Under the pieces are notes generated by a model. It saw nothing but the letters and a program-made list of their open reading frames with translations, was not told where the DNA came from and did no database searches. The position numbers were made by a program, and so were the translations under genes. From contig JBKQHO010000007.1 of assembly GCA_052267165.1 (NCBI GenBank), positions 50,180 to 114,179 of the forward strand: a stretch of 64,000 bases of DNA. Reading direction: 5' to 3'. This document shows positions 54,162 to 63,976 of the stretch, piece after piece. Every line of letters begins with the position of its first letter. Positions within the stretch are counted from its first letter, which is position 1. This DNA comes from Vulcanimicrobiaceae bacterium (GTDB lineage: Bacteria; Vulcanimicrobiota; Vulcanimicrobiia; Vulcanimicrobiales; Vulcanimicrobiaceae).

Positions 54162-57161
54162 TTAGTTGCGTGCGGTGCTGCTCGCGACCGACGTTCCTTC
54201 GCCCTTGATGCCGAGGTAGAGCAGCTGATTGAAGGCGTCGCTGTCGACCGCATCGGGTCGCGAGAAGTCGAAGCCCACGCTGTGCTGCGTCCACCACGCG
54301 CCGTCATGAAGTTCGGTCACGCCGGCCGTGACGCGAGGTCCCGAGCAGGCCGTCGGATCGGCGCTAGCTCCGAGCAGATCGGTACTCACCGGAGTGGACG
54401 GCACGGGGGGAAGCGTCGGATTCGGCGGCGCGTCGTCGGGCTTGCCGCACAGGATGCCCGGCACGTAGGGATCGTAGGCCGACACGTCGCGCGCCGGCGT
54501 GAAGATGTCGGCCATCGGAAGCGCGTTCGCGTCGTGGAAGCTGAGCGGCCGGATGCCGAGCAGCGATTCGATCGTCGCGAGCACGTTCTCGGTCGTGTAG
54601 GGCGTGTGCGAGATCACGCCGCGGTGCACGTAGGGCGAGATGACGAACGCAGTCGAGCGATGGCTGTCGACGTGATCGGGGCCGTTCTGCGAATCGTCCT
54701 CGACGATGAAGATCGCCGTGCTGTCCCAGTAGGGCGAGTGCGAAACCGCGCTGACCAGCTGCGCGAGGGCGTAGTCGTTGTCGGCGAACTCGCGCGACGG
54801 CGTGACCAGCCCTTCGATCGCCGTGCCGAAGCTGCCGAAGTGGTCGTGCGGAACGGTCAGCGTCTCGAGGTTGGGCAGGTTCTTGTTGGCGACGTAGTTG
54901 TTGAACTCGCGCGTCCACTCTTCGATGCGGAACAGGTCGGGATAGGCCTGGTCGAAACCGCGATAGTATTCGTCGGTGTTGGCGTTGAGCGCGGCGTCCT
55001 GCGGCGGCGACTGCAAGACGTGGTTCTCGTAGGGGTGCCGGACTAGCGCGGGATAGAGCGGACTCGTCGGCGGCAAGCTGTACGCGGTCTGATCGATCTG
55101 CCAACCGTAGTTGCGGACCGTCAGCCCGGCGCGCAGCGCCGAGTCGAAGATGTAGCCGCCGATCGCGGCCGGATACTCGTTGTTCGCGTTATAGGGTGCG
55201 CCGATGTCCTTGGTTCCCGGTAGGATCGTCGATTTGCCCGTCGGATCCAAGACCGTCGTAAGCCGCTCACCGTATTGGTTGGCCGGTGCGCCGGAAATGG
55301 GCAACGCGACGTTGAGGTTGCGGTTGGTTCCCTGATAGTCGTACGTCATGTTGCGGTCGCCGCCGTTGCCGTAGTCGACCGACTGGTTCCGCTCGACGAA
55401 GTCGGTGTCAAACCCCTCCATCGACCAGTTCCAGCCCACGCCGCTCGACTCGCCCGGATCGTAGAAGTTGTCGAGGGTGGCGAAGTCCATCGCGAAGCGG
55501 TGGTGATTCGGGGAGACTTTATACGGAAAGAGGTTGAGCGCCGGATCGGCATTGGTACCGGGGAGATCTCCGAGCACTTGATCGTAGGTGCGGTTCTCGT
55601 TGACGATGTAGATCACGTGCTTGATCTTGCCGCGCAGGTACGCGAGCGGGTCGGAGTGGTGGAAGAACCCGTCGTTCTTGTCGACCTGGTACGAAAGGTC
55701 GGCGAGCTCGCTCGGCCCGATCGGCAGCGGAATCTGCAGCAGGCCGGCCTTTTCGAGCGCCCAGCCGTATTCGTTCTTCGCCGTCGTGTTGGTCGCGAGA
55801 CCGGCGGCCGTGTTGCGCGCGTCCGCGTTGCCCGGGTTGGGACCGGCCGGCGCTTTCGCATTGACGACCCACAGGCGTTTGCCGTCAAGGCTGATGGAGA
55901 CGGAGTTCGGCTGCCAGCCGGTCGGGATGCGGCCCAGCACCGCGCCGGTCTGCGCGTTCACGACGGCCACAGCATTCTCGCCGCCGAGCGTGACGTACAG
56001 CGTCTTGCCGTCGGGCGAGAGCGCGAGCCAGTTGGGGTTGGAGCCGTAGTACGGGAAGCCCGGCCGGTGCAGCGTCACCGAGCCGATGACCGTCTCGGAG
56101 CGCGTATCGATCGCCGTCAGCGAGTCGGTGTTGCCGTTGCTGACCCATAGGACGCGCTGGTCGTGCGTGAGCAGCAGTTTGTTCGGGCCGTCACCGACCG
56201 GAATCACGTTGGTGATCCCCTTCTTGGCGCTCACCACGACGATCTGCGCGTCGCGCTGACTCGAGACGAAGACCTTCTCGGCCTTGCCGGCGCTATCACT
56301 CTTGACCGCGATGTCGTAAGGATACTCGCCGCGTGCCAGGCCGGAACCCGGGAGCGTGAAGTGCGTTTCGCCAACAACCTTGCGGGTCGCCGTATCGATG
56401 TAGCTCATCGAGTCGTTCGAAAGGTTGGCGACGAAGAGCTGCGAGCCGCCCTTGCTGATTCCGAGGCCGGCAACCATCGCGCCGGTGACCAGTGCCGGCG
56501 CGGCCAAGCCCGCCGGCGTGCCCTTGAGGATGCCTCCGTCGGGCGTCGGAATGGGCGAGGTCGTACTCAGGTCGTCGTGGCCGAGCAGCACGAACGGCGC
56601 GTCGGCCACATATTTTCCGCCCGATTTCTTGAATGCGTAGACGCGGTCGTCGCCGCCGCCCGAAACGTAGAAGCGACCGCCGCTCGGGTCCCAGACGAGC
56701 CCGACGTAGGTGTCGGGAATGTTGATCTCCTGGATCTTCGTGGGCGTCGCTCCGGTGACGTCGAACACGAAGACCCACTCCGCCTTCGACGTCAGCGTGG
56801 CCGTCGGCAGTCCGGTCTTCGGGTCGAGCACCGGCCAGGCGATCGGCGTGCCCGATTCCGTCGAGAACCCGAGATTGTAGCCGCTGGTCAGCACCAGCAG
56901 CGTCTTCCCGTCGGGGCTCAACGCGCTGTTGACGGCTTCCGCACCATCGGCCGTGCCGTCGGCCCGCAAGCCCGTGGTCAGCCGCTGGAAGGTCGAGCCG
57001 GGAGCCTTGGTCGCCGTGATGACGAGGCCCGTCGGGACGAGCGCGGGACCTTGCGGCGGACCTCCGACGGTGATGAATGCCGACGCCGGTAACGAAATGC
57101 CGGAAACGAGCATAGCCAACATCGCACACGATGCGGCTAACGCTCGCGGAGAAACGGGCAT
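54162..57161 (-). CDS. secreted bifunctional beta-propeller (YncE/YVTN-like) / phosphoesterase (PlcN-AcpA family) protein
   Basis: 999 aa. Signal peptide, then repeated ...LSPDGKTLYV.../...FVSN... propeller blades in the N-terminal half. C-terminal half starts KIKHVIYIVNENRTYDQVLGDL, the phosphoesterase family pattern. Confidence 0.8.
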   Translation of the reverse strand: MPVSPRALAASCAMLAMLVSGISLPASAFITVGGPPQGPALVPTGLVITATKAPGSTFQRLTTGLRADGTADGAEAVNSALSPDGKTLLVLTSGYNLGFSTESGTPIAWPVLDPKTGLPTATLTSKAEWVFVFDVTGATPTKIQEINIPDTYVGLVWDPSGGRFYVSGGGDDRVYAFKKSGGKYVADAPFVLLGHDDLSTTSPIPTPDGGILKGTPAGLAAPALVTGAMVAGLGISKGGSQLFVANLSNDSMSYIDTATRKVVGETHFTLPGSGLARGEYPYDIAVKSDSAGKAEKVFVSSQRDAQIVVVSAKKGITNVIPVGDGPNKLLLTHDQRVLWVSNGNTDSLTAIDTRSETVIGSVTLHRPGFPYYGSNPNWLALSPDGKTLYVTLGGENAVAVVNAQTGAVLGRIPTGWQPNSVSISLDGKRLWVVNAKAPAGPNPGNADARNTAAGLATNTTAKNEYGWALEKAGLLQIPLPIGPSELADLSYQVDKNDGFFHHSDPLAYLRGKIKHVIYIVNENRTYDQVLGDLPGTNADPALNLFPYKVSPNHHRFAMDFATLDNFYDPGESSGVGWNWSMEGFDTDFVERNQSVDYGNGGDRNMTYDYQGTNRNLNVALPISGAPANQYGERLTTVLDPTGKSTILPGTKDIGAPYNANNEYPAAIGGYIFDSALRAGLTVRNYGWQIDQTAYSLPPTSPLYPALVRHPYENHVLQSPPQDAALNANTDEYYRGFDQAYPDLFRIEEWTREFNNYVANKNLPNLETLTVPHDHFGSFGTAIEGLVTPSREFADNDYALAQLVSAVSHSPYWDSTAIFIVEDDSQNGPDHVDSHRSTAFVISPYVHRGVISHTPYTTENVLATIESLLGIRPLSFHDANALPMADIFTPARDVSAYDPYVPGILCGKPDDAPPNPTLPPVPSTPVSTDLLGASADPTACSGPRVTAGVTELHDGAWWTQHSVGFDFSRPDAVDSDAFNQLLYLGIKGEGTSVASSTARN

Positions 57162-57255
57162 GGACGACCTCCTCCTTACAATCGCGAGTGTCCGTCGCCC
57201 ACGCTAGCGCACCAGCATTAAGGGTTCGTTAGAAGCGGACTAACCTCGCTTAACC

Positions 57256-58338
57256 CTAGATCGAGTCGCCGTTCCGCGCCAAGCGCCGCCGGCGAACCGC
57301 GTCGGCGAGCACTTCGAGGACGCCGACCGACGCATCCCAGGCCAGACACGCATCGGTCACGCTCTGCCCGTAGGTCAACGGTTTGCCCGGAATCCGGTCT
57401 TGCCGCCCGCCGACGAGGTGCGACTCGAACATGACGCCCACGATGCGTTCGTCGCCGCCGGCGATCTGCGCGGCAACGTCGGCGCTCGCCGCAACTTGGT
57501 TCTCGGGAACCTTGCGGCTGTTGCCGTGGCTCGCGTCGATCATCAGCCGGGCCGCCAAGCCGGCGCGTCCGATCTCGGCGCAGACGTCAGACACGCTCTG
57601 CGCATCGTAGTTGGGCTGCTTGCCGCCGCGCAGGATGAGATGGCAGTCTTCGTTGCCCGCGGTCCGCACGATCGCCGAACGGCCGCTCTTGGTGACGGAG
57701 AGGAAATGGTGCGGCTGGCTCGCCGCCTTGATGGCATCGAGCGCAATCCGGATGTTTCCGTCGGTCCCGTTCTTGAAACCGACCGGACAGGAAAGGCCCG
57801 AAGCGAGCTCGCGGTGGACCTGCGATTCGGTCGTTCGCGCGCCGATCGCACCCCACGAGATGAGGTCGGCGAGGTACTGCGGCGTGATCGTGTCCAAGTA
57901 CTCGGTGCCGGCCGGCAGCTCGAGCTCGTTGATCTCGAGCAGCAGCTTGCGGGCCATGCGCAGCCCGTCGTTGATCTTGAAGCTGTTGTCGAGATAGGGG
58001 TCGTTGATGAGACCCTTCCAGCCGACCGTCGTGCGCGGCTTCTCGAAGTAGACCCGCATCACGATCTCGAGCTCGTCGGCAAAGCGTCTGCGCTGCTCGA
58101 CCAGGCGCTGCGCGTATTCCAGCGCCGAGATGGGGTCGTGAATCGAGCACGGCCCCACGATCACGATCGACCGGTCGTCCATGCCGTGCAGGATGCGGTG
58201 GCATGCGGCGCGCGCGGCGAACACGACTTCGGAAGCCCGGTCCGTACACGGGTATTCGCTGATGAGCTCGGCTGGGGCGGTCAGCTCCTTGAGCTCGCGA
58301 ATGCGAAGGTCGTCAGTGTTCTTGGGAATGGCGATCAC
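57256..58338 (-). CDS. 3-deoxy-7-phosphoheptulonate (DAHP) synthase, class I
   Basis: 360 aa. DDLRIRELKEL..P.ELI N-terminus, IVGPCSIHD, KPRTTVGWKGLINDP, DASHGNS. The isozyme (aroF/G/H) cannot be assigned. Confidence 0.9.
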   Translation of the reverse strand: MIAIPKNTDDLRIRELKELTAPAELISEYPCTDRASEVVFAARAACHRILHGMDDRSIVIVGPCSIHDPISALEYAQRLVEQRRRFADELEIVMRVYFEKPRTTVGWKGLINDPYLDNSFKINDGLRMARKLLLEINELELPAGTEYLDTITPQYLADLISWGAIGARTTESQVHRELASGLSCPVGFKNGTDGNIRIALDAIKAASQPHHFLSVTKSGRSAIVRTAGNEDCHLILRGGKQPNYDAQSVSDVCAEIGRAGLAARLMIDASHGNSRKVPENQVAASADVAAQIAGGDERIVGVMFESHLVGGRQDRIPGKPLTYGQSVTDACLAWDASVGVLEVLADAVRRRRLARNGDSI

Positions 58339-58403
58339 CCGTGGACAGTCTCCCGCTTGACGAAGTAGTCCGTCCTCGCTTCGCTGCGGACAGATACCTG
58401 CTG

Positions 58404-59960
58404 CTAGCGGACGAGCACCGCCGCCCCGTTCCGAGCCGGGGCGCCTTCCTCCTTGCCGGGCCTCGTGGCTCGGGGGTTCATCGTGCCGTATTTCATAAGG
58501 TCCAAGTGCCAGGCGAAAGCCTCTTCCAACAGGTGCGGGGTCTGGCCGCCGCGCCGCAGCGCTCGCTCGTAATAGTCGGCCAGCCGGTCGCGGTAGCTGG
58601 CGTGGACGCAGTTCTCGATGACCGAACGCGCGCGTTCACGCGGCGCCAGCCCGCGCAGGTCGGCAAGGCCCACCTCGGTGATCAGGACGTCGACGTCGTG
58701 CTCGTTGTGGTCGACGTGCGTGACGATCGGCACGACGCTGCTGATCGCTCCACCTTTCGCCAACGACTTGGTCACGAACACGGCCAGCGACGCGTTGCGC
58801 GCGAAGTCGCCCGAGCCGCCGACCCCGTTCATCATGTGGGTTCCGTTGACGTGGGTCGAGTTGACGTTGCCGTAGATGTCGCACTCGAGCGCCGTGTTGA
58901 TGCAGATCAAGCCGAGGCGGCGAATCACCTCGGGATGGTTGCTGATCTCCTGTGGCCTCAAAATGACCCGGCTCTTGTACTTCGCGATTTGTGGAATGAC
59001 TTCGTCGTACTTCTGCTCTGAGAGCGTGATCGACGAGCCCGACGCGAACACGAGCTTGCCGCTGTCCAGCAGCTCGAAGGTGCTGTCCTGAAGCACTTCG
59101 GAGTACATCTTCAGATCGTGGTAGGGACTGTCGATCAGTCCCTGCAGCACCGCGTTGGCGACGGAACCGATGCCGGCTTGCAGCGGTTGGAGCCGGCGGT
59201 TCAGGCGGCCCGCCCGGACTTCGTGGTCGAGGAAATCGATCAGGTGGCCCGCGATCTGCTGCGTCCCCACGTCGGCCGGCTGGAGCGTGGCGCACGAGTC
59301 GACCTTCTGCGTGATCACGACCGCCACGATCTTGCTCGGATCGATCGGGATATAGTGCAACCCGACGCGGCTCTCCGGCTCGAGGATCGGAATCGGCCCA
59401 CGGAAGGGGCGCCGCGTCGGGATGTAGATGTCGTGGATGCCTTCGAGATCGGTCGGCTGCGTGAGGTTGATCTCGACGATGAGCTTCTCGGCGAGGATCG
59501 CGAACGTCGCCGAATTGCCGACCGACGTCGTCGGCACGATGCCTCCGTCCTCGGTGATCGCGACTGCTTCGATGACGGCGACGTCGATCGGTCCCATCTG
59601 CCGGCTGCGCAGCAATTCGACCGTCTCGCTCAGGTGCTGGTCGACGAACATCACCTGGCCCGCGTTGATCGCGTTACGCAGCACGGGGTCCGCTTGAAAC
59701 GGCAGACGGCGCTCGAGGACGCCCGCCTCGGTCAAGATCCGGTCGACGTCGTTGCCGAGCGAGGCGCCCGTCATCAGCGTGATCCTCAGCTCCTCGTGGG
59801 CCGCCCGTTCGGCCAGGGCCAGCGGCACGGCCTTGGCGTCGCCGCTCTTGGTGAAGCCGCTGATGCCGATGGTCATGCCGTTCTTGATGAACTGGGCCGC
59901 TTCGTCGGCGCTGGTGACTTTGCCCCAAAGCGATTTCAAGCGAATCCGATCGAGATACAT
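58404..59960 (-). CDS. acetyl-CoA hydrolase/transferase family protein (succinyl-CoA:acetate CoA-transferase-like)
   Basis: KVTSADEAAQFIKNGMTIGISGFT N-terminus and ...SEVLQDS...GGSGDF... core. Start at MYLDRI (59960). Confidence 0.85.
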   Translation of the reverse strand: MYLDRIRLKSLWGKVTSADEAAQFIKNGMTIGISGFTKSGDAKAVPLALAERAAHEELRITLMTGASLGNDVDRILTEAGVLERRLPFQADPVLRNAINAGQVMFVDQHLSETVELLRSRQMGPIDVAVIEAVAITEDGGIVPTTSVGNSATFAILAEKLIVEINLTQPTDLEGIHDIYIPTRRPFRGPIPILEPESRVGLHYIPIDPSKIVAVVITQKVDSCATLQPADVGTQQIAGHLIDFLDHEVRAGRLNRRLQPLQAGIGSVANAVLQGLIDSPYHDLKMYSEVLQDSTFELLDSGKLVFASGSSITLSEQKYDEVIPQIAKYKSRVILRPQEISNHPEVIRRLGLICINTALECDIYGNVNSTHVNGTHMMNGVGGSGDFARNASLAVFVTKSLAKGGAISSVVPIVTHVDHNEHDVDVLITEVGLADLRGLAPRERARSVIENCVHASYRDRLADYYERALRRGGQTPHLLEEAFAWHLDLMKYGTMNPRATRPGKEEGAPARNGAAVLVR

Positions 59961-60061
59961 GCGCGCCAAACCCCGCTCCACGCCCCAAAGAAGTTCTCGC
60001 CGCATCCGGTGCGACGAACCATGCGCGGTAAAAATATCTTCGGCTCAAAAAGGTGCGTTAC

Positions 60062-60090
60062 ATTGACTCGCCTGGTTTGTCAGCTAGTAA
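60062..60090 (+). promoter_or_regulatory. candidate promoter with ~245-nt leader for the MORN-like gene
   Basis: TTGACT-16 nt-TAGTAA(AT) in an AT-rich island. Motif match only. Confidence 0.3.
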
Positions 60091-60341
60091 ATCGCTTTAC
60101 GGAATCGAGGTTCACTCGGTGCGAAACGCTTGCCGGAGTGAGTCGAGTCGGTGCCTGGTCGTGGGTGCGTCGCAGAGAGCTCGCGGGGACGCCCCGGCAC
60201 CCCCTGCGCCACCCAAACAGCCAGGCAACGACGCCAACCACGGTGTCGGCGAAACCGACGGAACGAAGGCCTCCACTTGCCGGCGAACAAACGAAGGTGT
60301 ATTAGTGAGCTCTTAGGCGGGTACGGCTTTTTGGAGGCAGC

Positions 60342-61769
60342 ATGAGATCTGGGGCGGGTCGTTTTGTTTTGGGTTCGTTCGCGCTTGCGGCGCTCGCGCT
60401 CGGACCGCGAGTGGCACTCGCGCAGGCAGCGCCGGCCGCATCCGCGGCACCGGCTGCGGCGGCTACGGCCGCTCCCGAAGACGTCAACATCCATTTCAAG
60501 AACGGCACGACCTACAGCGGCGACGCGACGGTCGGTTACCCGAAAGGCGGCAGCGTGAGCCCGGCCAGCTCGACGAGCTCGGTGCAATTCGTCAACGGCA
60601 AGCCGCCTTCGCGCGGCTACTCGCTGACCATGAACGGGCAGGGTAAAATCACGTACGCCGACGGCTCGACGCTGAGCGGCACCTTCGTCAACGGCGTCCT
60701 CGACGGGCCCGACGGCGAGTACGTCAAGCCCGGCTCGTTCGACTACAAGGGCGCTTTCAGCCAAGGTCAGCCGACGCAGGGCACCGTCTCGTTCGACGGC
60801 GGGCCGACGTACGAAGGCACGTTCGGCCCGGACGGGCTTCCCGGCGGCCAGGGCACGCTCACGGCGACCGGACCGGTCACCGAAGTAACCGGCACCTGGA
60901 GCAAAGGCGTGCTGACCAACGGCTACGAGATCCTCGCCGGCGGGTCGCGCTTCGACGGCAGCTTCGGCAGCGACGGCAAGCCCAACGGAAACGGAACGTC
61001 GCGTTCCGCGGGCGGCACGACCCTCGCGGGCACCTGGCAAGACGGGTTGCTCTCGGGACCGATGGTCGAGACCTATCGCGATGGAACGGTGCTGAGGGTG
61101 GACGTCTCGCCGCCGAGCCCAACGTTGCAGGGGAAGTCCACGGTCGTCTTCCCCAACCGCGACAAGGCTGCCGGGACGCTCATCTCAGCTGGCGTCTTTC
61201 AGGGACCGGGCAGCTACACGTTCCGCGATGGCACGCAGCTGCGGGGCACCTACCGTAACGGCCTGATGGGCGGGGCGGTCACCCGCGTTACGCCGGGAGG
61301 CCACACGGAAACAGGCCGGATCGCGCAAGGTCCCGTCAAAGGCGAGCGTCAGTTCGTGGCAGCCGCAGTCCCCGGCGTCTTCGTCGGCCCGCACGGCCCC
61401 GAATACTTCGGCTCGAACCGCGGTCACGAGGAAGCGGCCGACCTGCGAAATTTCAACGGACCGGTCGACGCCTTGGGGCGTCCGAACGGGAGTGGCTCGT
61501 ACACGTTGGCCGGCGGTGGAAAGCTGAGCGGCAAGTGGCTTCACGGGCAATTGCAAGCACCGGCGACGTTCACGTTTGCCAACGGCGACCGCGCCTCGGC
61601 GAAGCTGCAGCACGGTTCGCTTCGCGGCCCGGGGACCTACGTATACGCTTCGACCGGTTTTCGCATCGATGGCACGTTCGACGACGGTCGATTGAAGGGA
61701 CCGGCGACGCTGACGACGCCCGACGGCGACCGCTACGTCGGCAGAATGGTCAACGGCACGGTTCAATAG
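60342..61769 (+). CDS. secreted MORN-like repeat protein
   Basis: 475 aa. Signal peptide ...ALAALALGPRVALAQA, then about 15 repeats of the Y.DG....G.F..G...GPG.Y type. Confidence 0.7.
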   Translation: MRSGAGRFVLGSFALAALALGPRVALAQAAPAASAAPAAAATAAPEDVNIHFKNGTTYSGDATVGYPKGGSVSPASSTSSVQFVNGKPPSRGYSLTMNGQGKITYADGSTLSGTFVNGVLDGPDGEYVKPGSFDYKGAFSQGQPTQGTVSFDGGPTYEGTFGPDGLPGGQGTLTATGPVTEVTGTWSKGVLTNGYEILAGGSRFDGSFGSDGKPNGNGTSRSAGGTTLAGTWQDGLLSGPMVETYRDGTVLRVDVSPPSPTLQGKSTVVFPNRDKAAGTLISAGVFQGPGSYTFRDGTQLRGTYRNGLMGGAVTRVTPGGHTETGRIAQGPVKGERQFVAAAVPGVFVGPHGPEYFGSNRGHEEAADLRNFNGPVDALGRPNGSGSYTLAGGGKLSGKWLHGQLQAPATFTFANGDRASAKLQHGSLRGPGTYVYASTGFRIDGTFDDGRLKGPATLTTPDGDRYVGRMVNGTVQ

Positions 61770-61785
61770 CCCGGCCGAACGCATA

Positions 61786-61826
61786 AAAAGAGCTCGCCGG
61801 TACAGTCCGTACCGGCGAGCTCTTTT
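61786..61826. terminator. bidirectional rho-independent terminator
   Basis: 18-bp perfect stem AAAAGAGCTCGCCGGTAC-agtcc-GTACCGGCGAGCTCTTTT, with A-run and T-run flanks. It lies between convergent genes. Confidence 0.85.
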
Positions 61827-61844
61827 ATGTCAGTCAGTCGGGAA

Positions 61845-63029
61845 TTAAATGCGTTCGAAGATCCCGGCGATGCCTTGACCGCCGCCGATGCACATCGTGA
61901 CCAATGCGTAACGGCCGCCGATCCGCTCCAACTCGTAGAGCGCTTTGACCGTGATCAGTGCGCCGGTCGCCGAGATCGGGTGACCGAGCGCGATTCCGCC
62001 GCCGTTGGGGTTGGCCTTGGCAGGATCGAAGTGAAGCTCATTCGAGACCGCGCACGCCTGCGCCGCAAAGGCTTCGTTGGCCTCGACGACGTCCATCTGC
62101 TCGATGGTGAGCCCGGCCTTCGCGAGCGCGCGCTGCACGGCTGGGACCGGCCCCATGCCCATGATCTTCGGATCGACGCCCGAGTGGCCGTAGGAGACCA
62201 CGCGCGCCAGCGGCTTGAGCCCTTGCTTCTTGGCGAAGCCTTCTTCAGCCAGCACTAGCGCTGCAGCCGCGTCGTTGACGCCCGAGGCGTTCCCGGCGGT
62301 TACCGAGCCCTCTTTCGCGAACGCCGGGCGCAGCTTCGCGAGCGTGTCGACCGTCGTCTCGGAGCGCACGTGCTCGTCGGTGTCGAAGACCGTCGTTCCC
62401 TTGCGCGTCTTCAGCTCGACTGGGACGATCTGCTCCTTGAAATAGCCCTTGGCGATCGCGTTGGCGGCGCGCTTGTGGCTCTCGGCCGCGAACTCGTCTT
62501 GCACCTGGCGCGTGATGCCGAACTTCCCCGCGACGTTTTCGGCCGTGATGCCCATGTGCACGGCGTCGAACGGATCGCTCAACCCGGCGACCATCCAGTC
62601 GAGAGCTTCGGTGTTCCCCATGCGCACGCCCCAGCGCAGCCCGGTGAGCCCGTAAATCGCGCGGCTCATGGACTCGGCACCGCCGGAGACGACGACGTCG
62701 GTGTCGCCGAGTAAAATCGCTTGAGTTCCGGACACAATCGCCTGGAAGCCGCTGCCGCACAGACGGTTGAGCGTAAGCGCCGGCGTGTCGATCGGCAAGC
62801 CGCCTTCGATGCCCACCACGCGCGCTAAATACATGTCTCTCGGTTCGGTGTGGATGACGTGACCGAAAAATACCTGACCGATTTGCGCCGGTTCCAGCTT
62901 CGAACGCTTCACCGCTTCGGCCAACGCCAACGCACCCAACTTCGTCGGCGGTACATCCTTCAGTGCCCCCCCGTAATCTCCGATCGCCGTCCGCGTACCG
63001 CTCAGGACAACAACGCTGCGCTCTGCCAT
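61845..63029 (-). CDS. acetyl-CoA C-acetyltransferase (thiolase II)
   Basis: VVVLSGTRTAIGDYGG, active-site LNRLCGSGFQA, NPNGGGIALGHP, CIGGGQGIA. ATG at 63029 preferred over TTG at 63044. Confidence 0.95.
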   Translation of the reverse strand: MAERSVVVLSGTRTAIGDYGGALKDVPPTKLGALALAEAVKRSKLEPAQIGQVFFGHVIHTEPRDMYLARVVGIEGGLPIDTPALTLNRLCGSGFQAIVSGTQAILLGDTDVVVSGGAESMSRAIYGLTGLRWGVRMGNTEALDWMVAGLSDPFDAVHMGITAENVAGKFGITRQVQDEFAAESHKRAANAIAKGYFKEQIVPVELKTRKGTTVFDTDEHVRSETTVDTLAKLRPAFAKEGSVTAGNASGVNDAAAALVLAEEGFAKKQGLKPLARVVSYGHSGVDPKIMGMGPVPAVQRALAKAGLTIEQMDVVEANEAFAAQACAVSNELHFDPAKANPNGGGIALGHPISATGALITVKALYELERIGGRYALVTMCIGGGQGIAGIFERI

Positions 63030-63550
63030 GACCTCGCCCTTCAAAGAAACAAGAATGTTCGATCCTTTTCCGCGGACGGCAACGACGCTCCCCTGACGAA
63101 CGAGCTAGCCTCGTGGAGCGACTAAGAGCGAACTGAGGATACATGCAAACGACCTGCCCTTCGTTCACACGCTAAGGAATACGAAGACGCCAAGCGCCGT
63201 GCCCGATTGCCGCATTCGCTCAGTGGGCGGCTTCGTCGAAAGCGTGCGTTGCCTGTGCGCGGCAATCCGACCGTGGACACATGGGCGACCAGGCGGACAT
63301 CGTTCCGCCAAGCAAGACCCGCACTTCGAACGGCGCCACGCACCAAGGACGGCCTCGACCTAGAGCAGCTCGCGCGGTGGAGCCGAGCAAGCGTCCGGCC
63401 TGGCCTGCGCTCGTTCGCTTTCCGGCTGCTGGGCCGTTCGCTACGAGCCTCTCCACGCGGCCGAGTCGAAAGGCGCGCACTCGCTCGCTCGTTCATTGAG
63501 CCGACCGAGCCGTGGACCTGGCGTTGCGAGGCCGTATGACCATTGCCGCA

Positions 63551-63579
63551 TTGACCTTTGTCGATTGGCCAAATATAGT
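63551..63579 (+). promoter_or_regulatory. near-consensus sigma70-type promoter
   Basis: TTGACC-17 nt-TATAGT, 25-55 nt upstream of the candidate starts of the 63605 ORF. Confidence 0.45.
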
Positions 63580-63604
63580 ATGAAGAAGATACTTCATTGT
63601 CCCA

Positions 63605-63976
63605 ATGGACAAGCCACCCAGAGGTTGTCACCCAATGGCCAGAAAGAACGGCGTCACGCACGCCCCTGCAAGCGACCCGCTAGCGAACCTTCGCGAGCAG
63701 TATGCCCAGATTCGACACGCGGCCGATTCGGCCGTCCGATTCGAAATCGAACGGGTCCGCGAGCGGCATCCCTATGCGAGCGAACCGGAGTTGCAGCGCA
63801 TCGTCGCCAGCGCATGCCGGCCGTACCGCGCGAAAGAGAGCGCAGCGCTGCAGCAGCTCGTTGCCAAGCTCGACGAATGCGCTCGTGAGCTGCTCTTCAA
63901 GGAGACGCTCGACACGCACTTCATGCCGCGCCAGGTCGCGGAGCGCGTGCCGGCCGAGCTGGCCGGGGTCCTCTAG
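63605..63976 (+). CDS. hypothetical protein
   Basis: 123 aa (or 113 aa from MARKNG at 63635). Protein-like composition and GC3 bias, unlike the overlapping frames. No family recognised. Confidence 0.5.
   Translation: MDKPPRGCHPMARKNGVTHAPASDPLANLREQYAQIRHAADSAVRFEIERVRERHPYASEPELQRIVASACRPYRAKESAALQQLVAKLDECARELLFKETLDTHFMPRQVAERVPAELAGVL

Noticed and set aside
63150-63200. GCAAACGAC... resembling the start of a tmRNA tag reading frame
   Set aside because: The downstream codons do not give a plausible degradation tag ending in hydrophobic Ala-Ala. I saw no GGGG 5' end, no T-arm GGTTCGA motif and no CCA-proximal acceptor.
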